Shown here: positions 51,250 through 64,000 of the stretch, one piece after another
Numbering within the stretch: position 1 is the first letter of the stretch
Layout: each line of letters opens with the position of its first letter
NCBI GenBank assembly: GCA_043228905.1
Contig: JBHGNT010000011.1
Span: 14,570,001 to 14,634,000 of the forward strand
Source: Azolla caroliniana
Lineage: Eukaryota > Plantae > Polypodiophyta
Reading direction: 5' to 3'
DNA length: 64,000 nucleotides
The notes under the pieces: model-generated
Databases searched by the model: none
What the model saw: the letters and a program-made list of their open reading frames with translations, nothing else
Told to the model about the DNA's origin: nothing
Translations under genes and position numbers: made by a program

Positions 51250-54200
51250 ATGCAGAGCTCAGGTAATATGTTTAGAGCTTTTTTAAAAATTTTGTTTTTA
51301 AAATAAAAAATAAAAAATAAAAATCTTTTCTTCTTTCCATTCTATTGTTAATCTCACTTTCCTTGTCTTGCTCTGACTTTCTGTATTGATTTTTTCTTAC
51401 TGCTCTATCTTTATACGGTTTTTTTTTTTTTTTTTTTCTTTTTCTCACTGCTTTATCTTTCTATGGCTTTTCTATGCCCTACCTCACTTTGTTTCTCCTG
51501 TTGGCATTATGCAGCTGTATCCACTAGCTTTCACTCTTGTCGGAAGGTTTTCCATGGTTCAGGTAAGTCCATTTTTCTCTTCTTTATGTGTAAGCTCTCA
51601 AATATTTTTTTGGTCAAATCTGGGTGTACATTAACTGTACCAGAAAAAAGAATTTCCATTGGAATTGCTGCGTTTTAATTTGGTGGTTGAACAAAAATAG
51701 TATATACAATTGCTACAACTATAGTATCTCAGTTAACACTGAGAAGAGAAATGCTTGGTGAAACACTTGGGGGGATTGCACGATCAACCAATGTCTTCAT
51801 GAAATCAATCAAAGAAAAAAAAAGTGAATGCCCTGAAGCTCACATTGTACCATTAATGGCATTGAAATGGAATGAATTGTGGGTCTTGTCACCCAGCATA
51901 CGAGATAGTCGCCTATTCAAATACAGCATACAAGTCATTATTTCTTTATTGAAGAGAACATGTGCCCTTGGTGGGATATGGAGAATGCCTCTAGAGTTTC
52001 TGTAGTGGTAAGCATAAAGACTGGTCAGAAGAAGGCTCCTCGTTAAATAAATGAACACCCCCATCTATATGCTATGACGAGAGCAATGACCCCAAAGAGA
52101 TATAGAATGTGCAAAAAGACATGCTAAAAGCAACAACACAAGACAGATTATTCTAGAAGTAATGACTCTCATCACCTAGAATCTTAGTGCATTGTCTCTT
52201 GCAAATACACCAGAGATCAATGCTACAAACTGTGTATGAAATCACATTCCTTCCCCTGAGAAAGACTTGTAGAGAGCCTCTAGAGTGTCGACAGTGATGG
52301 GCATTAAGAATGGGTCTGATGAAGCCCCCTAATAATATATGGACACAGGATCAAAGCTGTAAGTTGTGATCAAGAGACGATATCCAATGTGCAAGAACAC
52401 ACGCCATGACGACATGCCACACATCATGAGCATGCGGAAGGAACTAGATGCTTCTGTACTAATTCTTTTTACATATTAATTCCATAGTTCTTGGGTGCTG
52501 TTTGATTCCTGCCAACTTTTACTGCTTTTTCTCAGCTTTATCTGTAAGGCTGCACGGGAATCGGAAAGCTTTCCAAGGATCGAGTAAGTTGGTCCTCTGT
52601 TCTTTATGCCTTTTCTCTCATCATTATCATCATAATGCTATTCTTGTTTTTTCTCTTGAGCACGCTAATCTCATTGTTTGTATGCACAGTGTTCCCAGTT
52701 TTTTCAATAAGCCTTCACTTTTATTCAGAGAATTTTCGTGACTTCTCTACTAATCGGCTGTTCCTTCCTCAACTCATCGTCATCAAACCACCCAGTTATC
52801 ATGCAAAAATTAGCACAAGAGGTACATCCTCCACCATTGATTTATGTATAATAACAAGAAATCACAGAAATTACAAAACTACATCCAGTTTGCTAGTTTT
52901 CTGAAGGATGAATTGTTTATCTCGAGCAACTGTATTAAATTTGAATTTGATTTGACTGTGGTTAGGCAGATTTAACTGATCCCCTACATAAGAGAAGGGC
53001 ATTCGTAGTGCTAAGTGAATCTCACACTCACCTTGTTTTCATGGATAGTGAGACATAACCTTGCTTATTCTCATATGTAAATCTGAATATGTGATGGGAT
53101 GGTCTTACAATATACGAGGGTTTGGTCTTGCAAATTGCTGTGATTTATGTTATCCTTCTAGGCTTGATAACACCTTTGCTCCTTAGATAAATAGAGTTCA
53201 TCCTGGAAGAAGTCTGGCTGTCTCCAGTTGAAGATATTCTAATAAAAAAATGAGGATCTGAACCTTGGTGTTGCTAATGTTCGATATAGATAAGAGTTCT
53301 TGGCATGCAGTTACTGATTTCCTTTTCTTTGTTGATGCAGCTACTAGCACACCGACAGGCCATTTTGGAGCTGAACTTGTCACATCGTGTATTAGCGATG
53401 GGTCTCTGAAGCTGAAGATTAACGTATTAGCTTCTAATCATATTCATTTTTTCTGAGCTCTCATTTCTATATGTCATTAATGATTCTGCCTTGGTTGTCA
53501 GACATTCCAAATAATGTGTGTAATATCCCAAATAATAGCTCATTGATCTAGCAATGCTGTTTTATGCATGTTAGAAAAATATAGACATTTCTTTCTATAA
53601 AGTATGCAGTGGGTATAAATGGTTGCCACATACAGAAAATTTGTTTGTTGAGCTTCAAACCTCCTGTTGAAATTTTACATTTTAAAGAGTTCATTACGAC
53701 ATTTGCATGTATACAGAAAAATGATGAAGAACTGCTACAGAAGGCAATTATTTATGAGGCAGAACATGGTTTTACTAATTCTGTGGGACAAACAAAAAGG
53801 TTTAATATATGCTAGAATGTTCAGATTATTGGTTAGTGAGAAAAACTTGAACTTACTAACTTTTGAATGTTGTTATCCTACAGATTTAATGAGTTTCTAG
53901 CATCCAAACTATCTACATTGTCACTTGATAATGTCTTGGACACTGATAAAACATTAACCATTCTCTCAAATTCTGCAAAAAACTATGGCAGTATGGATGT
54001 AAATACTAGGATTTCCCTTCTTGATAAGGTAAATAATTGGTACGCTCTGTTGTTGTACATGAATCATCAATAGGAACGTTTTTTAGATACAACAAAAAGA
54101 ATCATTCAAATTAGATTTGGCATCAACTCGGCATCTTAAGGGAAGGTTGGGACTTCAGATCGTATTCCATTTTTCTTTGTAGGTCTGTACAATACTTGGT

Positions 54201-57200
54201 TTCAAGTGCATCCAGGACCTTTTAGATCAACATACTGCTCTTGTGGAGGCTAGTAGAGAGCTGCAGACAAACTCAGAACATAACAATTCCAGTAACATAA
54301 ACCTCATTGATATTTTGCGAAGAAATTCTCATCCAGCTATAGTCTTTGGCAGCAGTGATCCTGTGGAACTTTATGGCTCTACAGGCAAAGCAGTAGGTGT
54401 AGCAAGACATATAGCTTCAAGGATTGATGATAATGTTAGCAATAACGACGCAGCTACTGTGTCTCAACCATGCACAAATCAAATGCAGGTTGTGAAAAGT
54501 GGATCCAAAGTGCAAAAGTCAGAACTTGGTAAACGCACCATTACTCAAACTAGAAAGGCAAGGAAAGTGACAAAAATAGTAAGGGCGAGCCAATCCTATG
54601 AAAGCTGGCTTCTTAACAAACCCATCAGTTTGGTAGACAGCCTGACACCGTATGTGTCTTCACGACTGGAGGAGAATGGTTTCTACACGGTGAGATTTAA
54701 ATCATGGACTCATATGAGGTGATACAGTGTTTGTATTGATAGTCTCTGTGTGCTTGAACACTGCTTTGTAATCTAAACCTGAAGTGATGAGATGAGAGTT
54801 GTGGCCACCTTAACACTACCCAAATCCACATGAAAAGAGAGCTGTACACCTTTTTCCTATGCAACTGATTAGTGAATTCTAGTCCTAAGCATGTTTATGA
54901 AGAACTCTTTAGAGAGTTTTTCAGCACTAACAGTGCAACAATTAACAATATGTGAGTCTGCAATTTCTAATATCTCAATGTTTTTATGGGTTATAACTTA
55001 GAATTTTTATGGTGAAGAGATTTCCTTATCATTCTTATTCTAGAGATTTGCATCTTTTACTTCTGTTAAATGAGACCTAACCAGAGCAACTTAAAGTCTT
55101 GATTATTATAAATGTTGTATCTGTCTATTTAATTAGTGCAATGTTGTTTCTTCCTGTCAAACAGCTCCGAAAGCTGCTGCAACACTATCCTCGAACCTAT
55201 TTAAACTTTCTTCAAGCAGGACAAGTAGTAGAGGATGGCCAATATCTTACCTTCTTTGGCAAAATAATGTCCTCAAGGTAAATGAGGATATATCTATTAG
55301 CCTTAAATTTATACAGGTATACAGAACCATGCACCTGCATGTGATTGTAGTTTTCCAACTCTTATTGTCTATCTCTGAAAATTAGATCAAAACTTTTCTG
55401 TATTACATGTGAAGGATGCCTAGCCTCATATTTATCTTTTACGGTGCTATGGGAGACATAATGGAACATCAAAAAATGAATGACAAGTAAAGCATAGTTT
55501 TAAGGGCTGGAGAATTTACAGGAAAGCCTGAACGTTTTTTGAAGGGAATTTCTTGTTCTGTTCTGCTAGTATATAATGTGTAGAGGATGGTTGGTTTTTG
55601 CTGAGTGCAAGTGTATATTAGGGAATAATATTATAACCTTGAAAATTGAGTGTGGAAATTTTATTCAAATGTATTAAAGACTTTCTCTTGGTATATTTGC
55701 AGGATTCATAGCACATCTAGCTTGGGAATAGTTGAAGTACTTATTTCTAGTGGACAAGATCAAACGTCAAGTCCTGGACCACAGTCAATTGAAGAAACTG
55801 GAAATGTTGAGGCTATGAAAGGTGCACTTACTCTGCATATCAAGAAATTTTTCAGGGGAGCACGCTATGCGAGCAAATGGTTTCTTACTAAAGTGGCTTC
55901 AAAATATCCTTTGGGTGCATATGCTGCAGTTAGTGGTAAGGTCAGTGTGCTTAGCAGATAGTCTTCAAAATGTCTATTGTCCTGTAGAAAGAGTACTATA
56001 TATCCAAGTTATGTTATGGGTTCTGTTACTTGTGACCTTGAACAGAATCTCCATTTCTTAGGTTCAATATAGCCTCTGAATGTTAAACTCATTATCTTGG
56101 GCCATTGGTGATTGATTTCCTCGAATAACACTTTAATTTCTTTGTAGCATGCCCCTCCCCAGGTCATATATGATGTTTATTGTGACAGACATTGATCATA
56201 TTATCAATAATCATGGCTCCAGGCATCAGTATGCACAGTCACTATCGATACTCAGTTTTACGTTAGATTTTTAGTGGGCAATCTGATCTAGTTGATGGCC
56301 ACTGCTAATCATGACTTTCATAAACGTGAACACATTCTATTATTATGTCATAGTAAAGTCCGGGTTGCTTGTAAACTCTGTTATTTATTTGGAAGTTTCT
56401 CTGTTCAGGTCAAGGCCATGGATCAGTTAAACCACTTTGAAGTCAAGGATTATAATCTGGAACTTGTTAGTAGCAAAGATGAGCCAGAAATAGGTGAACA
56501 AAAGGAGAAAATATATCCTGTGTACCCTTCAAAAGGAAGTCTTGATGCCAAAACAATTGAATCATGTATACAAAAGTGAGGTGAAAGTTTTACTGGATTT
56601 TAGAAATTTATGCGTTTCGGGGGTATGACTGTTCTAATGCCATCTTCAAAATAGGGTTCTTTCAGATTTGCCATTCGATATTGATCCTCTTCCTGAGAAA
56701 TATAAAATGGAGTATGGATTGATGGATTTACACCAGGTAAGATTTAAAAAGAGACATTTAATATTTTACATGGTAATAAAACTGCAATTTACGACCTCAA
56801 CTATAAACTTGAGGTCTGTGATCTATTTCTACCTACAGCTTCTTTTTTCTTACAAAGGATGTAAACTTTGTATTTGAAATCTCTTCATTAAGAATGATAA
56901 GTAATGTTAAGGATAAGTTTAACCTTTGAAGTGTACATGGTCATACTCATGTTCATATTTTGGAGATGGCATTTATGCAGAATCATCCTTATATTAATTG
57001 ATTAGAGAGATATTACATTTATTTATTGATGTATTCGGTGAGCAGAAGCTGGCTGAAAGTTTGATGTAATATCTAAATTATGCTTATGAAACCTAAAACA
57101 TTTTTCTCAGGCTTATATTGCAATACATTGTCCTCCAACCTTGGCAACTGCTGAAAAAGGTCGACAGCGATTCGTGTTTGATGAATTTTTTTATTTACAG

Positions 57201-60200
57201 GTTTTCTTTATCTTTCACTTTTACTCACTATATAACATCCTAATCGCAGTTTAGAGTCAACTCAATGTGTTTGTCTTTTTGTGTGGATAAAATATCACAT
57301 GGCATTATGATCGTAATTGTTTTTGGGTTTCACTCTATGGTCGCCTTTATAGAATCATTGAGATAGCCCTTCATTCTTTCTCTCTATTTATAGTGAACAA
57401 AATCTGTACGACTGTAAAAATATCATTTGTAGGATAGAATCATGTGAGGCTTCAGCTTCTCAACTTTGAGCACAAAAGATGAGTATACAGAACATGAGAA
57501 AATACCAGTATATTCACTGATGTTTCATTTCTCCTCCCATTGTTTTGACATTTCAGAGTCCTGGGATATGCTGTACACACTCGGCGGTTTCCTGGGACTT
57601 TGCTGAAGTAAACATTTTGGTCAATTGCAATCTACAACTTTATGCTTCATTGAAGATAGCTTCTCCATTAGGATACTAAAGTTGAACACATGGAAGGAGA
57701 GTTAATTATTGGAAGGTGTAAAAGGCCATCACTATCATGGTCATCATCATCATCAATATTCCTATCCTTTTCGATCCACCCTAGATGTTTGACAATTGGT
57801 GTAGGGAATATCATGATAAAATACTTGGATTTTTGAATGTTATCCTAATATTTAGGAGAACATGCTTAGGCACTGTTTTCTAGTCTTGGCAAGTCATGGG
57901 CAGGGATGAATAGAACTAACATGTCTATGCAGTGAGATGGTTGAAACAGACATTTGGAACTTCAAGAGAGTGGTGAAACCCCATTTGAATTACTAGTTTA
58001 GGTAAAGTGTTCTCCTCTTCAAAGATTACCTTAGCCCACTTAAAAACTGTTAAGAGACCTTATGTAGAGCTCTAAACTAAAGTATCTTTATAAGGCACAA
58101 CTTTATGATCAAATGCATACCGTACATGCTACTGTATGTTCGGAGGAGCAATGTTTTACTCATGGACATAAAAGCATATTTGAGATGAGTAAGGTTGTTT
58201 GTTTGTCTTTTGGATATGAAAGGCGATGCATTTAGAGGACCAAGATGTGTACAAGAAAATTTGCCAGAAAATATCATTTTCCATAGTATACTCATTGAAT
58301 TTTGTCTTCTTGATGTCATGAAACACTAGTTGTGTGCATTAAATGTGCAGTTAGGTCTTCTGCTTGAGAAACAGATCTTGGCTGATACCCACCTTGCTGC
58401 TGCTGGAGTGGAAGATCCATCTACACATAATGAAGTTGGTACCTTACCAATGGAAAAATGGGCTCCCCTAACACTAAAAATGCTGGAATCCCTTTCCTAT
58501 AAGTTGACACATTCACAGCTCAAATCTGTTTCAGAGATCATGTGGGACTTACAAAGACCTGTGCCAATGCGCCGTCTATTGCAGGTGTTGACTTAAAAAT
58601 TCTTGTTGCAGTAACACTCACACACATACAAAGACATATATGTTTATGATATGTATGTATGTACATACACAACACATATATAATAGCATACACCATATAT
58701 ATTACTTTTATTTGGATTTATTCAAGTTTTGGGAAATCCAAGAAGTTCCTAGAAAAACTAGTGTTTATCCTTCTAATGATAAATAATGCATATTCATTTG
58801 CTCTTGTCTAAAGAAAGCAAAGAACTGATATAGCCTTAATAAAGGAAGGGCTTTAGAAAATATGCCTTTCAAATCTGAAGCCGTATTATATGGCTCGAAA
58901 TTTATTCTAGTTTATTTAAATAAATTAAATGGATGAAATGTTGCGTGCAGGGAGATGTTGGATGTGGGAAAACTATTGTAGCATTCCTAGCTCTTTTAGA
59001 AGTTATTGATGCAGGATTTCAGGTATAAGATAGCTGAATCCTAATGTCTGCTTAAGATTCTGAATTCTGAAAAATATAACTAAACACTACTAATGGGCAG
59101 AATAAGATTTTGAACTCTGGATTTTCCAGGGAGCTTTAATGGCACCGACTGAATTTCTGGCAAGGCAACAATATATACGATTTTCTGCATTTCTAGAACA
59201 TTTAGATGATAAAAGCCGCCCACAAGTGGCTTTGCTTACAAGTTCAGTGCCTCCTGTTAAAGCTCGGGCTATTCGTAAGGTCAGATTATGTTTATGATGT
59301 TCCTAACTACTGTGTTGTTGACTAAATAGTAAAGAATTTTTAAATGTTAGTGGTAGTAGTATTTTTTTATAAATGTGTGAAAGTATTAAGCAGGGATTGT
59401 TATCTGGAGAAATACATTTGGTGGTTGGAACACACAGCTTGATTGCAAACAGTGTGAAGTTTTCATCCCTTCGCTTGGCTGTGATAGATGAACAACATCG
59501 ATTTGGAGTTGAACAACGAATACGGCTTCAAAATAAGGTCTATATTTAGAGGTGCTCGCAAGTTTTTGATGGTGATGGTGGGTGACGATCACATTTTCCA
59601 TTTATTTTTGCAGGGTTCATTAATATTCTCCCAAGAAATCAATCCTGAATCAGCTGGAGAGAAAGAAAACAATGGCACACTTATTCCATGTAGAGCACCG
59701 CATTTTCTTGCTATGACAGCCACTCCTATACCTCGAACACTTGCGTTTGCTCTCTATGGAGATATGGCTTTGAGTCAGGTGTGTATTGTGATGTCTGATT
59801 AAAGACAGTTACCAATTTCATTTTTCATTTGAACACATTTTACCTTCTTTCCTCTTAGATTACTGAGCTGCCTCCGGGAAGGATTCCTGTGAAAACTCAT
59901 GCTATGTTTTGCAATGAGGAGGGTTTGAACAAAGCTTTTGAGGTTAGTCTCCACGTGATTGTGTTTATCATTTTAGGTCATTCTTAAATGATGTTGTGGG
60001 TTTTCAGAAGACAGTCATAGGTTTTTCTTGAAACACGATCATGTTTTTATTCCAAGCTATTCAAATGATGCTTATGTTTCCATCAGATGGTTCGCAAGGA
60101 GCTAGAAAGTGGAGGGAGGGTGTTCATTGTTTATCCAATCATTGATGAGTCTGAAGATCTGCCCAACCTCAAAGCGGCAACTACAGATTTTACACGGATA

Positions 60201-61156
60201 ATCGAGGAATTTAAAGGCTACAATTGTGGATTAGTGCATGGAAAACTCAAACCAAATGAGAAGGAAGAAGCAATGGAAGATTTTAAGTCTGGAAGGACGC
60301 AAGTGCTTGTGGCAACAACGGTCATTGAAGTGGGTATAGACATTGTAGAAGCTTCAATGATGGTGATAATGCATGCGGAAAGGTATGGTATGGCTCAGTT
60401 ACATCAGCTGCGAGGGCGTGTGGGAAGAGGGATAAGGAAATCCACATGTCTTCTTTTAACATCATCATCAACATCTCTTGAGAGAGTGAAAGTTTTAGAA
60501 GAATGCAATGATGGGTTTCATTTGGCTGAAGTAGATCTCCAGTTGAGAGGCCCTGGAGATCTGTTGGGCAAGCAACAATCAGGACACCTAGCTGAGTTCT
60601 CTCTTGCACGATTTGATGAGGATGGAGACTTGATGATACAAGCGCGGAGGACAGCTGAGGTTTTTTGCTTATATGCTTTTATGTATTGTTTTTTTGGAAA
60701 GTCACCAATGAACCCCTTTTCTATATTTATAGCAGGATTCTTCAGTTCAAAATTTCCAAAATATACCTGCATAATTAAGACCAAATCAATTTTTGATTAA
60801 GCCCAGTTAAATAAAGACAATGCACAGTATTTTGGTAATGTAAATATATCCGAGGGTTATTTTGATAGCTTTTGAAAACCCAAGGAATATCCTAGTAAGC
60901 ATGCCAAAAACCTTGGTAGTATACTTTGGTGTTCTTAAAAGGCTCATGCTAAAGAAGTTTTTGTCTAGTTGTCAAAACTGAGGTTGGGTTGTGATAATGT
61001 TTATAATATGTTTGACAAAAGCTTCTCATGGACAGTATCAATCTAACACTAGTTTTCTCTCAGGAAATACTTGCTGAACATCGTGGGTTGGACGATCTAC
61101 CTCGATTAAAGCAGGAACTTAGTTTCCGACAAGGTCTTGATTCCTTAGGTGTATGA
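51250..61156 (+). CDS. RECG: Organellar ATP-dependent DNA helicase RecG, ~1074 aa, 21 exons: 51250-51262, 51515-51562, 52536-52583, 52729-52821, 53341-53423, 53717-53799, 53884-54028, 54183-54689, 55165-55277, 55703-55940, 56409-56575, 56655-56736, 57111-57200, 58351-58584, 58951-59022, 59130-59279, 59394-59537, 59614-59778, 59859-59942, 60087-60659, 61064-61156. The start is uncertain; an upstream in-frame ATG lies at 51139
   Basis: LRKLLQHYPRTY, YPVYP, RFVFDEFFYLQ, PMRRLLQ|GDVGCGKT, MAPTEFLA, IDEQHRFGVEQR, MTATPIPRTLA, ATTVIEVGID, HAERYGMAQLHQLRGRVGRG, RGPGDLLGKQQSG. The N-terminus is Ser/Arg-rich like a transit peptide. Exons total 3225 nt in frame. Confidence 0.93.
51960..52420. repeat. 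Degenerate ~290-bp direct duplication in RecG intron 2
   Basis: gcctctagagtttctgtagtggtaagcataaagactggtcagaagaaggc (~51987) versus gcctctagagtgtcgacagtgatgggcattaagaatgggtctgatgaagc (~52276). Confidence 0.7.
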
Positions 61157-62099
61157 AAGAATAAAAAGCTTCGACACCTTTTTTTGCTTTTTTGCATCAA
61201 GCTTAAGTTGTGATGCTTGTATACTACCGGGGAAATTGTGATGCTTGTATACTACCAGGAAAATGACTTGTAAAACTATACCATATTCATGCTTGAATGT
61301 CTTTCTGCCATTGCTCTTGGCAAACTGATAGATAATGTTATGGAGATTGCAAATCCACCATCCATAAAGAGGGGTCTGATGTAAAATCCGTTTTTACAAA
61401 ATGAATATATATGCAGAACATTGGAAAGCAAATTTTTGAGCTGGCTTTATTTTAGTACTATTTTGGAAGAAGTATATTTTAAAACGTTTTTCGATCTGGC
61501 TGGTCTTTATATTTGAAAATCTCAGTTACCTCTTTTATTGTTATTTACTAAGTTTTTAAAATTATGATATCATCTCAAAATTCTTATATCTTTCCTGTTG
61601 TTTTTACAAGTTTCGATCTTCATAATTAGCATCAAGTTTGTAATTCATTGAAGCATACGTCACTTCCAAATGTCAAAATGGTCGGAGGATTATTGTGCAT
61701 CCTATCTGAATCATTATGCATGAACAAATGTTTTTTGCAAATTTTTACAATGCATTAGTTGTTTACTGGTCTTATCATATCCTGTTTCATGATCATTTGC
61801 TTCTTGTGCACGTTTTGCCAATTCTCTATTTTCCTTATGCGTTTCCCCTCCTGTCTTACCTTCCCTTTTATTTTCCTCGCATCTGTTGTTTCTGTTTCTT
61901 TCTCCACGTTTTGATCTACTCTCCTGTGCTTTCTTGCTTACTTGTCTCTCCCTCTCTAATTCCCTACTTCCCTACTTCCCTTGCATGTATTACAAGCGAG
62001 ACATCCGACCTTGTAGCAGTTTGTTTTCTTTCCTATGCTGCACTTTGTCATTGCAACCCACATCCGAAATTTCATGAAGGCATGAATGCTCTCTCACTG

Positions 62100-62979
62100 G
62101 TTTTGACTAATCTACAAATTTGCATTGGATGCCTCCTTTATGCAATCACATTGTGCAATCTGTTTTTTGCTTGGAAGATTTGTATGATGCAATTGCATGG
62201 ACCAATTACAGGAAGGAATTCTCCAAACCAATTACATGGAGAGATTCTATGAGGCAATTATGCGAAGCTTCTATCTTAAAGACTTCCTTGAACAAATTAC
62301 ATGAAGACCTTAATATGAGAAGTTTCTGTGAAAATATCATGCAAAGGCCTTTCTTTGAAGCATTTACATGAATAGATTACTGGAAGGATTTGCACGTTAA
62401 CTCGAAGGTTTTATTTGAAGATTTACGTGGAGGCTTCACACTAAAGGTTTTCGTGGAGTATTTACTTGGGCCAATCAAACAAAACTTTTACACAACAAAA
62501 TTGCACGATGCCTTTATGCAAGTGAATTACTTGATGGATTTGCTTGAACAAATTCCATAAAATAATCCAGTAACCAAATTATAGGAGGGCTTTTCATGAA
62601 AGATTCCGATGCTAGATTTGTACAATAGCATTTCCATGATAACGTTTTGCAAAACAATTACACAATCACCACGTGCAACAGTTTCGTGAAGTGATTACAC
62701 CAAGTTTTTCTTGAACAAATTACACGAAGATGTTTATGAGACAAAGGGATCTCCATGAATGGTTTCTATGAAGGACTGCATGAAGCCTTTCTACAAACAC
62801 ATTACCCGAAGGCTATACATGAGCAATTTCCATGGAAGGATTTACACATGTGATTTACATGAACCTGATTACTTGAAGAATTTTCGTGACAACTAAATAA
62901 ATAACATTGAGAGAGATCACAACGAACAAATACATACATACATAAACATATAATAGTACCGATATATATACATCCAACA
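62100..62979 (-). mobile_element. LTR-like element containing short degenerate repeats (aaattacatgaag-like)
   Basis: The right end CATCCAACA reads TGTTGGATG on the minus strand and is followed by ATAAT. The left end is not resolved. Confidence 0.45.
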
Positions 62980-62984
62980 ATAAT

Positions 62985-63327
62985 TGTAAAGAATCGATGG
63001 TGATTCTTGAGATATGTGTTGTGAGTGTGTGTGTATGAGAGAGAGAGAGAGAGAGAGAAACACAAGATAGATAGATTTGAACAACTATAGAATACTCAAG
63101 AGGATGTATATTACAAAGGAGATTAATCAAACTGATTACAAAGTAGGAGGAGAGTGCTTTATATAGTCACTCTCTCTCTCTTCATTAACTACCGAAGCTC
63201 ATGGGTCATGGGGAATGTGAAAACTCATTAGTTAATGTGTAGATAAGAGTGGTGACTTTTGACCTTTGAGTGCACACTCTCAAGGGTGTGTTCACACACT
63301 AGACTAGGTTGACCTTGATTCTCAACA
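62985..63327 (-). mobile_element. Solo LTR (343 bp) with a 5-bp target-site duplication
   Basis: TGTAAAG...TCAACA is flanked by ATAAT at both 62980-62984 and 63328-63332. A minus-strand TATATAAA and a (CT)n tract are inside. Confidence 0.88.
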
Positions 63328-63423
63328 ATAATAAACAATACTTATCATGCAATACTATGGCTACTAATCAGCCATAGTGCCCTTCCAACCGGGGAATGGA
63401 GCAACAAACGTGGAATGGACCTA

Positions 63424-63659
63424 ATAGTACGTAAAATTCGTGTTCATCTAGCATAACATTCGTTTTCCTACATTGGAAAACGAATGCGAATGTTATTCAA
63501 ACATGCTTGTGTTTATTTATTTATTTATTTCTTAGGCTTATTTACCTCATAATAAATAGTTAATCCAAAAGTATGGTATTTATCATTCTTTGAGGGTGTT
63601 TTCTTACGCGAATAATTGAAACATTCGTGAATGTGAATGCACGTATGGTTCATACTATG
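63424..63659 (-). mobile_element. MITE family A, copy 2
   Basis: Reverse complement of 4312-4562 with high identity (for example atagtacgtaaaattcgtgttc and aatccaaaagtatggtatttatcattc). Confidence 0.85.
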
Positions 63660-64000
63660 GGTCACCTAATTTGCCGCTTGTAGGTTAACCTAGGGCAAAT
63701 AAGTGTTTGAAACTTGAAGAGAAGAATGAAAGTTTAGTAGAGTTGGTGAAATTAACAAAAACTCTTAAGTTTTCTTTATTGTCGACTGACTACATGTGCT
63801 TGTATGAAGGTTGGTCATCATTAGTTTTAGTAAGGTTGTAATATAATACTTTATCATCAATGTTTAAGCTTGGAGGTTTAGTTGATCAAGTACGTATTAT
63901 AAATGTGTTATTAGCATGTACTTTATAATTGTAATATTAGAGTATAACAATATGAATGGTAAGGATGTTAAAGGATAAATACTCGGAGAAATAGGGGGGG

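Noticed and set aside
61716-62252. 178-aa hydrophobic ORF
   Set aside because: It arises from CT-rich low-complexity, TE-like sequence and has no domain features.

Overview
This is AT-rich nuclear DNA from a land plant. It has GT-AG spliced genes, a TTTAGGG telo-box, a plant cytosolic tRNA-His and plant-type transposable elements. A non-seed plant such as a fern is a guess only. There are five protein genes, all on the + strand: (1) a Tubby-like F-box gene with a large in-frame deletion inside the Tubby domain, (2) a single-exon ARM-repeat protein, (3) a SKIP35-like ankyrin protein with a His/Asp-rich repeat N-terminus, (4) AP-1 gamma-adaptin (18 exons), placed head-to-head with tRNA-His(GUG), and (5) organellar RecG helicase (21 exons). 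The rest is largely decayed TEs: a Ty1/Copia remnant interrupted by a 178-bp satellite, RTE and L1 LINEs, LTR and solo-LTR remnants, two MITE families, tRNA-derived SINE heads and a probable MULE/SWIM transposase relic. I found no CRISPR array or prokaryote-type system. The most unusual signals are the 'mini-Tubby' protein, the 178-bp satellite, and exon or exon-end/splice-donor duplications in the 5' part of three of the five genes. All exon coordinates were read by eye from splice consensus and frame continuity. Homology calls come from recalled motifs, not database searches.
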